A stretch of DNA of 63,988 nt, the filler included, from Octopus bimaculoides (lineage: Eukaryota), in assembly GCF_001194135.2 (NCBI RefSeq). It is 9 parts of 6 records of this genome, joined end to end, with 100 filler letters (N's around TTAATTAATTAA, not from the genome) between each part and the next. Parts side by side here need not be neighbours in the genome. Positions count along the whole stretch, not along the records: positions 34,149 to 54,392 come from NC_068987.1; positions 54,493 to 57,330 come from NC_068981.1; positions 57,431 to 62,848 come from NC_068987.1; positions 62,949 to 63,988 come from NW_026367806.1; 5 more parts are not named here. The stretch is one strand, 5' to 3'. The position numbers were made by a program, and so were the translations under genes. The notes under the pieces were generated by a model. The model searched no databases, had not been told where the DNA came from, and worked only from the letters and a program-made list of their open reading frames with translations. This document shows positions 51,486-63,222 of this stretch, piece after piece (the first letter of the stretch is position 1; every line of letters starts with the position of its first letter).

Positions 51486-52460
51486 TCTTTTCCGACTGCT
51501 TACACCACACTTTCTGTGGCTGACGTCCACCGTCTTATCAGCACTAAAACAGTGGACCGTGTTCCTCTAGGAAAACACTTGTACCTTATCTTTGACATTC
51601 CTCTTTAAATTATCTATGAAGCGAAGCTGATTGATTCTTTGTGATATTCCAGGTTCCTTTTCCTCAGCACAACAATCTGAGGGATCATGCTGAGTACAGA
51701 GTACAAAAAGCTGGGAGACAATCTATTTTCCTGGAAAATTCCTCTTTTGATGCCCAGAGTGCTCAAGCCTTTTTCCCTATGATGTAAACGCAGGTTTCGA
51801 ACCCTCCATAGTTCTCTTCAGAAAACATCTTACGTTACTTGCAATTTAAAGCGAATATAAGCACTCAATGATCCATGTGGAATCATATCGTAGGCTTTCA
51901 AGTAATCAATCCAAGCCTTACTCTAATTTGTCGTCCTTCGCTTAAAATCTTGTATTGATATTTTGTCTATCAAACAGAGGTGTGTGTTTACTTCTGCATC
52001 TCCTCTTATAACTTTTGTGTTCCATTGGTAAAATGTTGTTATCATGAAGAAATTTGTACATTTCTCCTGCAATCCCCCCCGACAGTAAATTCTACGGGAA
52101 TGGGCAAGAAATTGAAATGTAATTATCGGAAGCATTTCGTTTAGATACATTATCAAGCACAACACTGTTGGTCCTTCAACAAGCCACCTTGATATTTCTT
52201 TTACCCCTCATCAGTGCATTAAATTTTTCTGTAATTAATTTAAGGCATCTGCAGATCTTTGATATCCAAAACCTCTGTACATCATCAGGCCCTGCTGCTA
52301 TCCATTTGTTTATTGCTTTGCTCACATCTCTTATATTATCTTTTGTTAAGGATATAGCTTCATGCTGAGGATAGGAAGTTGTTTCCTTCAGGTTGTACAG
52401 CCATTCAGCTCCAGTATTAGGTACATCCCACTGACAAGAGTCAATAAACTCAAAATATCC
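51485..52460 (-). mobile_element. RT region of the same R4/Dong-like element, inverted
   Basis: AEWL..LK, AAGPDDVQRFW, AWIDYLKAYDMIPH, IKRGIFQENRLSP and INQLRFIDNLK (decayed FMDDLK). Confidence 0.8.
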
Positions 52461-52663
52461 ACGTCTGTGATATCTTATAAATGGCGACTCTGAACAAACG
52501 TGTTCAGTGTTTTCACATCTTTTACCCTAAGAGAGAGATTTTCGTCGCCCTAATTGCAGTGTATTTGCCTTTTAGCAGTTGAAACATGTCATACATATAT
52601 TCTAAATATTTTGGGAGGGATTGGGTTTGCAAGATTCTTTGTGTCAGTTCCTGTGTTGAAGTA

Positions 52664-52846
52664 TATTTTGTTGCGTCTGGGGAGAGTCATTCTCTTAAGT
52701 GCCTTATAATTTAACACACTCACTGGTTGCAAGACGCAACGAAAATTTAAAAAATGAAAAAGATATAAGTGAAAAATTTACTGGTGCGTGCATTAAATTA
52801 TAAGGCACTAAAAGAGAATGACTCTTCCCTGACACAACAGAATATT
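52664..52846. mobile_element. MITE with TIR-like arms of about 65 bp
   Basis: 52664-52726 is the reverse complement of 52780-52846 (GAGTCATTCTCTT..GTGCCTTATAATTTAA). Confidence 0.8.
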
Positions 52847-52850
52847 TTAG

Positions 52851-52926
52851 GACGAGCTATTCTAAGAGCGCTTTCTGCCTCATCTTCGAAACGCCTAGCT
52901 TAGAGTAGAGGCACCTGATGAAGGAA
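52851..52926 (+). ncRNA. Decayed copy of the non-circularly permuted hammerhead-like motif
   Basis: GCTTT-CTGCCTC...TTC-GAAAC-GC...GAGGCAC-CTGATGA-AGGAA. Stem I and the outer stem III pair, but the triplet has mutated to UUU. Confidence 0.55.
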
Positions 52927-53202
52927 TAATCCATAAGTGGCCTGTCTGTTTTCCTATGTGTTCGTTCTGTTGTCTATAAACAAAGTCCGTTTTCGTGCTT
53001 TATGTTCCCGTTCATTTTTCTGTTGTCCTGTACCCAGATATGCATCTATATATACATGTAGATGTAGGTATGTACATATATGTATGTATGTATACATGCA
53101 TATGTATTATATATATATATATATATATATTGAAAAAAAAGGCGTCAGAATATTGGAATAACTTCTTTCATTTATTTTATACATATACTAGCGCTTTATA
53201 TT

Positions 53203-53233
<31 letters not shown>

Positions 53234-53805
53234 ATGTGTGTGTGTGTGTGTATGTGTGCATACGCGTGTGTGTACCCGTTGTATTGTGGGAAAGATGTGT
53301 ATCATTTTTATATACAGATATGCTTATAATGTGTCTGTTGACCCAAACGTATTGCAGTCATCTCTAAGTACAAAATGTTCAGCTTATAACAGAGAATAAT
53401 TTTTTTGATTTCATTAACAATGATGTACGTATATTATATAGTGGTTGTTTTTTTATGGAAGGAGGAAATTATATATAGTAGAATGAAAACAAACATTTAA
53501 CGGGATACCCTTTTATGAGAAACAGTCATATAAAAATGTTGCAGATAAAATAAGACGGAGTTAAGGATTTCTGCTTCATTTCTTTTCTTTTCATTTTGAA
53601 TCAGTTTATCTATAATCGCGTTGTAACTGTAGACAGCAAGGATCCATTTAAAATTTCATATTGACATACCACAGCATTCCTTATTCCCTCATATGAATTT
53701 AATAAAGAATATAACGTTATTAAAACTTCTCTGAAGAATAATGCACGTGATATATTCGGTTAAATTAAAGGAAATTAAAAAACAACACTTATGCCAAAAA
53801 ATAAC

Positions 53806-53866
53806 GATGACGATGATGAAGATGTTGTTGTTGTTGTTGTTGCTGTTGTTGTTGTTGTTGTTGTTA

Positions 53867-53898
<32 letters not shown>

Positions 53899-53955
53899 AA
53901 CTGTGACGATGATAATGATGACGACGGTGACGATGATAATGATGATTATAACGAC

Positions 53956-54008
<53 letters not shown>

Positions 54009-54032
54009 TTAATAATAATAATAATAATAATG

Positions 54033-54090
<58 letters not shown>

Positions 54091-54105
54091 TGATAATAAT
54101 AATAA
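53806..54105. repeat. Compound (TTG)n/(ATG)n/(ATA)n microsatellite
   Basis: Seen directly. Confidence 0.98.
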
Positions 54106-54492
54106 GCATACAAATTATCTTCGTCATCAAATAACATAGTAATGGCGAATCGTATAAAGTGTGTTATATTATAAACGAATACCGCAATATCATTGATCAA
54201 TATTTAGAGAAAAGCAATGAGAAGATACCATATGAAAGCCAAGCAGCGAGTCTGGACATTATCCAATTATATGAAGCTTCGCAGCAAAATATATATTTAT
54301 TGGTAAAATAATATATATAAAATAATATATTGAGCTGAATGTACACACGCATTCACATTTCACATACGGTATGTGCGTGTATACATATATATNNNNNNNN
54401 NNNNNNNNNNNNNNNNNNNNNNNNNNNNNNNNNNNNTTAATTAATTAANNNNNNNNNNNNNNNNNNNNNNNNNNNNNNNNNNNNNNNNNNNN

Positions 54493-54530
<38 letters not shown>

Positions 54531-55512
54531 ATATATATATATATATGTATAATAAGTGATGACCACTAAGTGGACATCCATCATGCTAGAAAGAGACCAT
54601 CAATGATCAAACCACAAACGAAAGAATGTTCTCTAGAAAAATTCAGCACACACCAGAACATAAACGGGCAAGACAAATGAAAATATATAAAATAAAGAAT
54701 TAATCGTATATATATATATATATACATATATAACTACTATTACGCGCAGACATACACACACATACACACATATATATTAAATGTTGAATGAACATATCCA
54801 TATTTCTCAAAAAGTAAGTAACATTTCTCCTCATTTCACATTTGAAAAAGCCACCGACCCGTCAAAAATTAAACGTCACTGTCAATGATATTAAATAAAA
54901 TAATTCTTTCTATCCCGAAAAGACAAAAGTCACAGTAGACCTTGGCGGATTTTGAACTAAGAGCTGGAAAAATAGCTGCTAAGTATTTTGCCTGGTGTGC
55001 TAAAGATTTTACCAGCTCGCTGTCTTAGTAATAAGAACCTTTTTTAATATAGACACAACATCTGAAATTTGGGGGTAAAAGTTCATTATTAGGTCTCACT
55101 ATTGTCGATAGTATACATTATCCATTACATAACTATTTCTCTACAACACTCTCAGCCCCAACATTCCGTTTCTAACATACAACTTCCGCTTCTTTACCCA
55201 CAGACCCGAGCTTTTCTATCATCGACCTCCCTACTCTTCATCTACATTGTAAAGTGGTTAGTAACAGGGTGGGCAGGTGAAGAGAACAAGGGAAAATGAG
55301 ACTGCAGATAAAGTATGGTTCTCCAATCCGTCTGAGAACTCACCCATTCAACCCATCGTAACCAAAGGTGCGGACGTGAAATAAATGTTCTTGATAATGT
55401 TGTTGATTGTGTATACATACATACAAACATACATACATACATACATACGTGTGTGTTGTGCGCGCGTTTTGTGTGTATGTATATCAATCAATCTCTCTCT
55501 ATATGTGCATGT

Positions 55513-55552
<40 letters not shown>

Positions 55553-55559
55553 TATATAT

Positions 55560-55636
<77 letters not shown>

Positions 55637-56377
55637 GGTATATATGTGTGTGTGTGTGTGTTTATGTATGTATACGCATACATTTATATAATATATACAC
55701 ATATATACATATATATATTCATGCACACATATACAAACATACACACACGTACACCCATATGCTTGTGGATTAAATATGATCTATATTCACTTGTGGATGA
55801 AGTATGATAGCTTTACTTTTAATTCGCATCATTGAGAGAAATTTATCTTCAGGCTTTGAAACTTATCCACCATTAAATTGTCTCTTCTTCACGAAATACT
55901 ATGATCACTTGTCCGAGATATTTTTAAAAGCGAATTAATATGATAAAATACTTTGAATTCGGTAAATATTCCACCCTGTTTAGAAGTTTTGCATAATGAA
56001 ATCACAACACGGCAATGTCCCTCTCGATCACTCTTCATCCTTTCACTACACACACCGCAGTTTTAGGTGGCTGTATTCTCTAATTATTCCAACTATGTCT
56101 TTCTGATAGACTCCCAAAGCGTTCCATTCACACATCGATTTGCTAAATATTAGTGACGCAAACGTTCTTTTAACCATTACACCTGCTTTTATGGTTTTTC
56201 TTGATGCTCTTTTTAGAAATTCCTATTGTGATTAGCGATGGTAATTTTGATAGCTTATAATTGATGCTTTTATTTCTTTCTCTTGTTCTAAGAATGTGTG
56301 TGCATGAGCGTACGTGTATGTGTGTGTTAACATGTGCGTGTGTGTGTATATATATATATATATATATNNNNNNNNNN

Positions 56378-56419
<42 letters not shown>

Positions 56420-56893
56420 CTATGTGTATGTGTGTATGTTTGCGTGGATTGAAAATGTGGTAGTGTGTGTTTGTCTGGGAGTGCGTGTTTGCGTGGATTG
56501 AAACTGTGGTAATGTGTGTTTGTCTGGGAGTGCGTGTTTGGGTGAGTGTATACACGCGTGTGTGTAAACGAATGCGTCTTCTGACTTGACTTCCATGAAG
56601 GAAGAAAGAAAGGATGGACAGAAAGAAGGAAGATAGAGAGAAAGCATGGAAGGAAGGAAGTTAGCAGGACTATAAAAAGAATAAAAGAACTCGATGGAAT
56701 TATCATTGTACCCGTTTTTTTTCCTTCTTAACAATGAAATAAAAAATAAAATAGTCGAAGTGTGAGTAACATAGTTGAATGACGGTAAAAGATTGAGCAG
56801 TCTGTGAAGTTAAGTAGATTTGGTGATGATTGTGTTTGGAGGTAGCAACAGTTGGTGTCTGCCAATATTTCCATGCGAGTAGCTGTATTATCA

Positions 56894-56910
56894 AATAATA
56901 ATAATAATAA

Positions 56911-56957
<47 letters not shown>

Positions 56958-57040
56958 TCAATAATAATAATAATGATAATAATAACAATAATAATAGTAA
57001 TAATAATAATAATAATAATGATAATAATAATAATAATAAT
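56894..57040. repeat. (AAT)n microsatellite, tail of the adjacent minus-strand SINE
   Basis: Seen directly; abuts the SINE at about 57040-57260. Confidence 0.95.
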
Positions 57041-57588
57041 GATTTCAGATTTTGGCACAAAGCCAGCAATTTCGGGAGTGGGGAAAAGTCTACTATAACA
57101 CCGTCAGTGGTAAACTGGTACTTAATTTTTATTCGCCTCCGAAAGGATGAACTGCAAGGTCAACCTCTGAATAATTTGAACATAGAACGTGAAGATGGAC
57201 AAAATGCCGCCAAGCATTTCGCCCGGTGTGCTAGCGATTCTGCCAGCTCGTCACCCTGAAAAAAACCTGAAATTTTTTGGGGAGGGGACCAGTCGATTAG
57301 ATCCACCCCAATACGCAACTAATACTTAATNNNNNNNNNNNNNNNNNNNNNNNNNNNNNNNNNNNNNNNNNNNNTTAATTAATTAANNNNNNNNNNNNNN
57401 NNNNNNNNNNNNNNNNNNNNNNNNNNNNNNTATATATATATATATAAAAACAAAAGTAAATGAGTATATGCATATATACGTACAGGTATGTGCATACCGA
57501 CATCCACCTGTATGTATAGGTGCATATCTGGGTACAGGACATTGCAAACAAACGTAGACGAGAACACACGAGCCACATAGAGAACATT

Positions 57589-57667
57589 CTACTTCATCAG
57601 CTACCCACGTTTTAACACCGGCGTTTCGACGAGCTTCGGGCAGGACGCAACGTTAAAACGGCTCGTC
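57589..57667 (-). ncRNA. Candidate non-circularly permuted hammerhead ribozyme with intact core
   Basis: Minus strand: CGTTTTAAC-GTT-GCGUC|CUGCCC-GAAGCUCGUC-GAAACGC-CGGU-GUUAAAACG-U-GGGUAG-CUGAUGA-AG. Pairings are given in the findings. Confidence 0.65.
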
Positions 57668-58744
57668 CCATGGATCGCAGATTAAATCTGTATAAGCAAA
57701 TTAAATCTAGCCATGGAGGAATGTAGTGGCGGACAAAAAACAAGACAGGAAAACAAACAGAAGGCTTTACGCCCAGACGAGAAAAATTATATATATATAT
57801 ATATGAATTAGATTACGATAGAAGAGTCGCCTTTTCCTTCAATGCTTATCAGAACCATAACTGTTGTGAGACGACGGAGGCGTGTGGTAGTGCTGCTGTT
57901 GCTCACCGAAAGGTTAAGCCAGTTCCAGACGTTTCAGATAGTTCCAGACAGATAAATATCTTAATATCTTTTGCATTCCTCCCAAACATATCTAAAGATA
58001 TGGATATATATCAACAAATTTTACGGATACACATAATGCAAGAAAAATAGTTATAAATGAGCCAATAGCGTTGGGAGCAAATGAGAAGTGAGCCTTGAAA
58101 ATGAGAAGAAAGTGTCTCAAAACGTTATCTGAGTCAACCTGAATGGTTTTTTTTTATTGTAGTTTCGTTAAAAGAATTTTTTATTAAAAGTTTCACGTGG
58201 CTGTGTGTTAAGGAGTTTGCTTCTCAACCACGTGTTTCCGGGTTCAACCTCAACACATGGTACCCTGCGCAAATGTCTTCTGCGCCGACCAAAGGTTTTG
58301 GTGTGGATTTGATCGACGGAAACCGAAAGAAGCCGTCATATATGTGTGTGCGCGCATGCCTGTGTTGGTACCCCACCATCGCTTTCCATCCAGTGTTTGT
58401 TTGTTCACGCCTCTGTAATGTAGCGGTCCGGCAAAAGAAAATACATACCAGGCTTAAAGGTAAGTACACGGATCAGTTTGTTCGTCTAAACCCTTCCAAG
58501 CCGTACCCCAGCATGGCCATAGACCAATAACTGAAACAAGTAAAAGAGAAAGATCTGATTAACGGCAAATGAGTGTTTTATCTCATGAAATGCCATATCT
58601 GTTGGTATCCGTTAGTCAGACTTTCCCAACCGATGTTTCCTGGAAGCCTTGCTTTCCGTGAAAAGTCACTGAGTTTTCTGCTGAAAACAGTAATTAAAGA
58701 CAAATTAAAGACTGTACAAGTACTTCCTTTTTCTTTGTCTTTTA

Positions 58745-59095
58745 CTTGTTTCAGTCATTTGACTGCGACCGTGCAGGAGCACCACGTTGAAGGGTTTTAG
58801 TCGAACAGGTCGACCCCAGAACTTATTTTTTAAGCCTAGTACTTATTTTATCGGTTTTTTTTTTCCGAACCGCTAATGTTACGGAGACGTAAACACATCA
58901 ACACTGCTTGTCAAGAGGTGACTGGGGGCAAACACAGATACAAAGATGCACACACATACACATATATATACATATACGACGGGCTTCTTTCATTTTCCGT
59001 CCACCAAATCCACTGACAAGGCTTTGGTCGACCCGAGGCTATAGGAGAAGATACTTACCCAAGGTGTTACGCAGTGGCACTGAACCTGGAAGATG
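58745..59095 (-). mobile_element. SINE copy; partial near-identical duplicate at 59706-59880
   Basis: Both share private variants (GTGCAGGAGCACCACGTTGAAGGG, GAACAGGTCGACCCCAGAAC). Confidence 0.85.
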
Positions 59096-62000
59096 CCGCA
59101 CATTTGTTTTCTTTCTTTTTACTCAATTCTATTTTTTAAGTTTCATTATGCACGTACGGTATATTCGCAAGGATGATAAATCATGATATCTATAAGGTTA
59201 CCCTAACGTGAGAAGAAATAACCTTTTAATAAGGAATTGCACGAGAATTTGGTCTCAACAAAGTCTTGGTTGCGACAACATTTCTCAAACTTAATTTATG
59301 ACGCTTAATGGATTTAACATTGTCAAACATTTAAAAGAGAATTTTATGATTGAAATCTGATCCTGTATTTGACGAAAACTATTAATAAAGATATATAAAG
59401 ATTTTTTTTAGATAGAGTCCCAGAGACATAGAATGCTTTTCAAAGGCTCCCCATAAATAAATTTAAAAAATGGGAAATGCTAATCTAACTAGTGCTATAT
59501 TTTCCGGCATGCGAGTACGATGTAATATATAGTGTAAACATAAAGTGTAAACATTCAAACATCGTCACAATCTTTCCAAATTCTGCAGCATTTCACATAG
59601 AAGTTTTGGTTCTCCAAAGTCGTCTTGGTGTATAAGTCGACCTTATAAGTCGACCTACTGGGGGGGGGGGTCCTTTTTGTTGTCTTTGTTTTGTTTTGTT
59701 GTTTTTGCTGCGGCCGTGCAGGAGCACCACGTTGAAGGGTTTTAGTCGAACAGGTCGACCCCAGAACTTATTTTTTAAGCCTAGTACTTACTGCTTGTCA
59801 AGAGGTGATTGGGGACAAACACAGATAGAAAGACACACACACATATATATACATATACGACGGGCTTCTTTCATTTTCCGTTGCTTTGTAAATTTTGATC
59901 TGAAAAATTCGACTTGTATGTTGGAAATAAAAAGGTAATTGAAGACATTTGTCTTTCTAGCGTTATCGAAGATTAACTAATTGAAAATCTAAATGTTATA
60001 TAGTCCTACTCAAACGAATTATAATTCTTGACTCATTCTATGGAAACTGAACATAAACACATAGAATATCCACCTGTTCTGTTGTTTCATCCAAGATTAA
60101 CTAATAACATTTTCAAATGTATAACGTTAAAACTTGTATTAACGGATTACACTGTGAAACTATCTGTACTTTAGGTTAACAAGTGACATGTCCAGTTGTT
60201 AATATTATGTCACTCAGAAAGTGGAGAACTGACAGAATCGTTAGCATACCGAGAAAAATGCTTAGTGGCATTTTGTTCAAATTCCGCGGATGTCGACTTT
60301 GCTTTTCATCCTTTCGAGGTCGATAAAATACGCGCAAGTTGAACATTGGGGTCCATGATACCGACTTGCCCCTTCCTCGAAATTGTTAGCCTTATGCCAA
60401 AATTTGAAACCAATATTGTATTACTCAGTATTAACTAATGATATATACTCCTGTTCGATAGTGTTACTCAGAGTAAATTAATAACATATTCACCTGTTCT
60501 ATTACTTCATTCCAGGTTAACCAATGGCATATTCCAATATGCATTGAATCAAGAATAAAAACGCATAATTATTCTAAAGTTTTTACCCAAAGTTAACAAA
60601 TTGCATTTCTTACGAATGTATGGTGTTATCCTGTAAGCTAGGTTAAATATCAGTACTGACTGATGGCTACCCGGAGCAGCTAAGAAAGTTGTCTGCCTTG
60701 ATATTGTGTGTTTATACGAAATGTGTTTGACAAATAATGTTTTACGTTTGACATAGAACGCTTGCCTCACACTGAGTATTTGAGTGATTTTTACAGATCC
60801 TCGGAAAGTACTGGAGTAAGTTCTCTAGACCCAGAGAATATATTCGAATGACCACACACCGCTACTCTCAGAGTTAAGCGTCTTCGTTGAGTTAAGCGTC
60901 TTCTTCGAGGGTACAATGTATCACTGATGACAGAGGATTGGTACCATCCAACACTTCGTCTTGTTGTTCAATATCCCTTATTTTGACCGATTAACTCTCA
61001 TAAATATCAATAGCAACACCATAACTACCGCCACCAATAAAGGAAACACTACGTGGTCCTTCGATATGCAAAGAATAGCAGTGAAATTACCCTTGAATTG
61101 CACCATACAATCTTATAAATAATAATGTATTTCTAAATCAACTATATCTACAAAAATAAAGAGATGATCACCACGGATTAGATATGTATTGCTAAATAAA
61201 CTATATCCAAAAAATAAAGACCCGGTGGTCACAGGCGGAACAATTTTGATTATAAGTCTGTTGGCTCATAAGTGACTTGAAGAATGTAAACCTAAATACA
61301 TTATACATAATATAACAATAATAAAATACCTAATATAACAGTATAAAACATAATACAGTAAATAATATGATATATAATATAATATAATACAGTATAATAC
61401 ATATATAGTATAATATAATATATAATATAATATATAATATAACATAATATAACATAATACAACATAATAAAATATAAATTTCATACATTTTGTAAAAATT
61501 TCTAACACCATAAGCACAATATACATGCAATTCAACATATATACAAGGTATTGGAAATATTTTCAAGGGTTTCTTCTGCGAGAAAGACATATAATTAAGT
61601 GCAGGCTAAAATTCTTAAAATGATGAGTTGAAAATAATTTTTAATCAACTGAAATTATCAACAAAGAAAATTACTCACAAAACAGGCTAAAGAGGTAACT
61701 TCCGAAAAAGTAAATGACGATATGCAGAATATGAGAATGGCTCTTATGTTTGGTAATAATGATAATTCTAGACATGTTTAGGTATTATTATACCTCTTCA
61801 GTAAAGCATAATTACAAGCTCCAAGACCTCAGAATGACTATATATATATATATATATATNNNNNNNNNNNNNNNNNNNNNNNNNNNNNNNNNNNNNNNNN
61901 NNNNNNNNNNNNNNNNNNNNNNNNNNNNNNNNNNNNNNNNNNNNNNNNNNNNNNNNNNNNNNNNNNNNNNNNNNNNNNNNNNNNNNNNNNNNNNNNNNNN

Positions 62001-62948
62001 NNNNNNNNNNNNNNNNNNNNNNNNNNNNNNNNNNNNNNNNNNNNNNNNNNNNNNNNNNNNNNNNNNNNNNNNNNNNNNNNNNNNNNNAAGCAACAGTATA
62101 TCAAGTAGTGATGCAGTATGGCCGTTTCAAGCGGATCCATTCAATTGAACAATGCAATCATTACATCAATTTAAATGCAATGCCATAATCAGCTGCACAA
62201 ATAAATAAATAGAATTTTAACCATTTGGACACATTAATATAATTTTTCTCAAATACTTTAACAGAGCAAGAAGATGGAAGAAATTCATGTTGTCGCTATT
62301 GTCGCTTAGAATAGACTACACTTCCAAGAATCGCATGAATATGTCCAACTGGTTTAATTTCTATTTATTTATTAGGGCAGCTGAGGATAGCCCTGCTTTT
62401 AAATTGATGTAATGATTGTGTTGTTCAATTAAATGGTGTCGCTAGAAACGGTCGTACTGCATCACTACTTGATATCCTGTTGCTTATTTTGATTTTATTC
62501 TCCTTACTTTGAGCGATGCGGATAAAACCAGACTGACTTGGTGCTTCAACTTAAGTACCTAATTCAACTGAATCTCAGCTATTTCTTATATATATATAAA
62601 TAACAAAATAAAATACATCTGGTATCAAGAACTGCGTCTGTTTTGAAAGTTATTCATAAAAACCGGTGTTGGTTTCTCTATTTCCCGGCCAATTAACTTC
62701 TGCACCGATTTACTCGACTAAATTCTTCAAAACGGTGTCCCAGCATGGCCGCAGTCAATGACTGAAACAAGTTAGAGAAAAGAAGATACAAACATACATA
62801 CATACATGTATTATGTAGATGTAATTGTGTGTGTGTGTGTGTGTGTGTNNNNNNNNNNNNNNNNNNNNNNNNNNNNNNNNNNNNNNNNNNNNTTAATTAA
62901 TTAANNNNNNNNNNNNNNNNNNNNNNNNNNNNNNNNNNNNNNNNNNNN

Positions 62949-63222
62949 GGCCCTGCCCTGTTTAACATTATCCCGAAACAGATAAAAGAGGAAAAGGATG
63001 CTATCAGATTTAAACGGAGTCTAGACAGCTTTCTTCAAAGTATACCAGACAAGCCACCCATACCTGGATACAACTCACTCAATAAGAACTCACTACTTGA
63101 ATGGACCATAGACCAAACTTGACTGTAAAAAGGATTTAGATAATCCTATCAGGTGCTGTTATTAAGTTAGACATGGCCTGGACCAATCTTTGGTCGAAAC
63201 AAATCTAAGTTTATCTAAGTTT
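62949..63222 (+). mobile_element. 3' end of a CR1/L2-group LINE (intact ORF2 C-terminus plus 3' UTR)
   Basis: 62949-63122 reads GPALFNIIPKQIKEEKDAIRFKRSLDSFLQSIPDKPPIPGYNSLNKNSLLEWTIDQT* with no internal stop. The tail ends in a (TCTAAGTTTA)x2 repeat. Confidence 0.8.

Noticed and set aside
56438-56540. 49-bp tandem duplication
   Set aside because: Simple GT-rich slippage duplication with no sign of function.
61780-61806. RYYYTSSVK resembling the POR FAD motif RYYSIASS
   Set aside because: The flanking residues do not match POR (no LLPRLQ before it) and there are no suitable splice sites.
28060-62148. ORFs containing long X runs
   Set aside because: They span N gaps and are artefacts.
63181-63200. 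GACC-loop-GGTC-GAAAC resembling hammerhead stem II
   Set aside because: There is no CUGANGA upstream; it is part of the LINE 3' UTR stem-loop.
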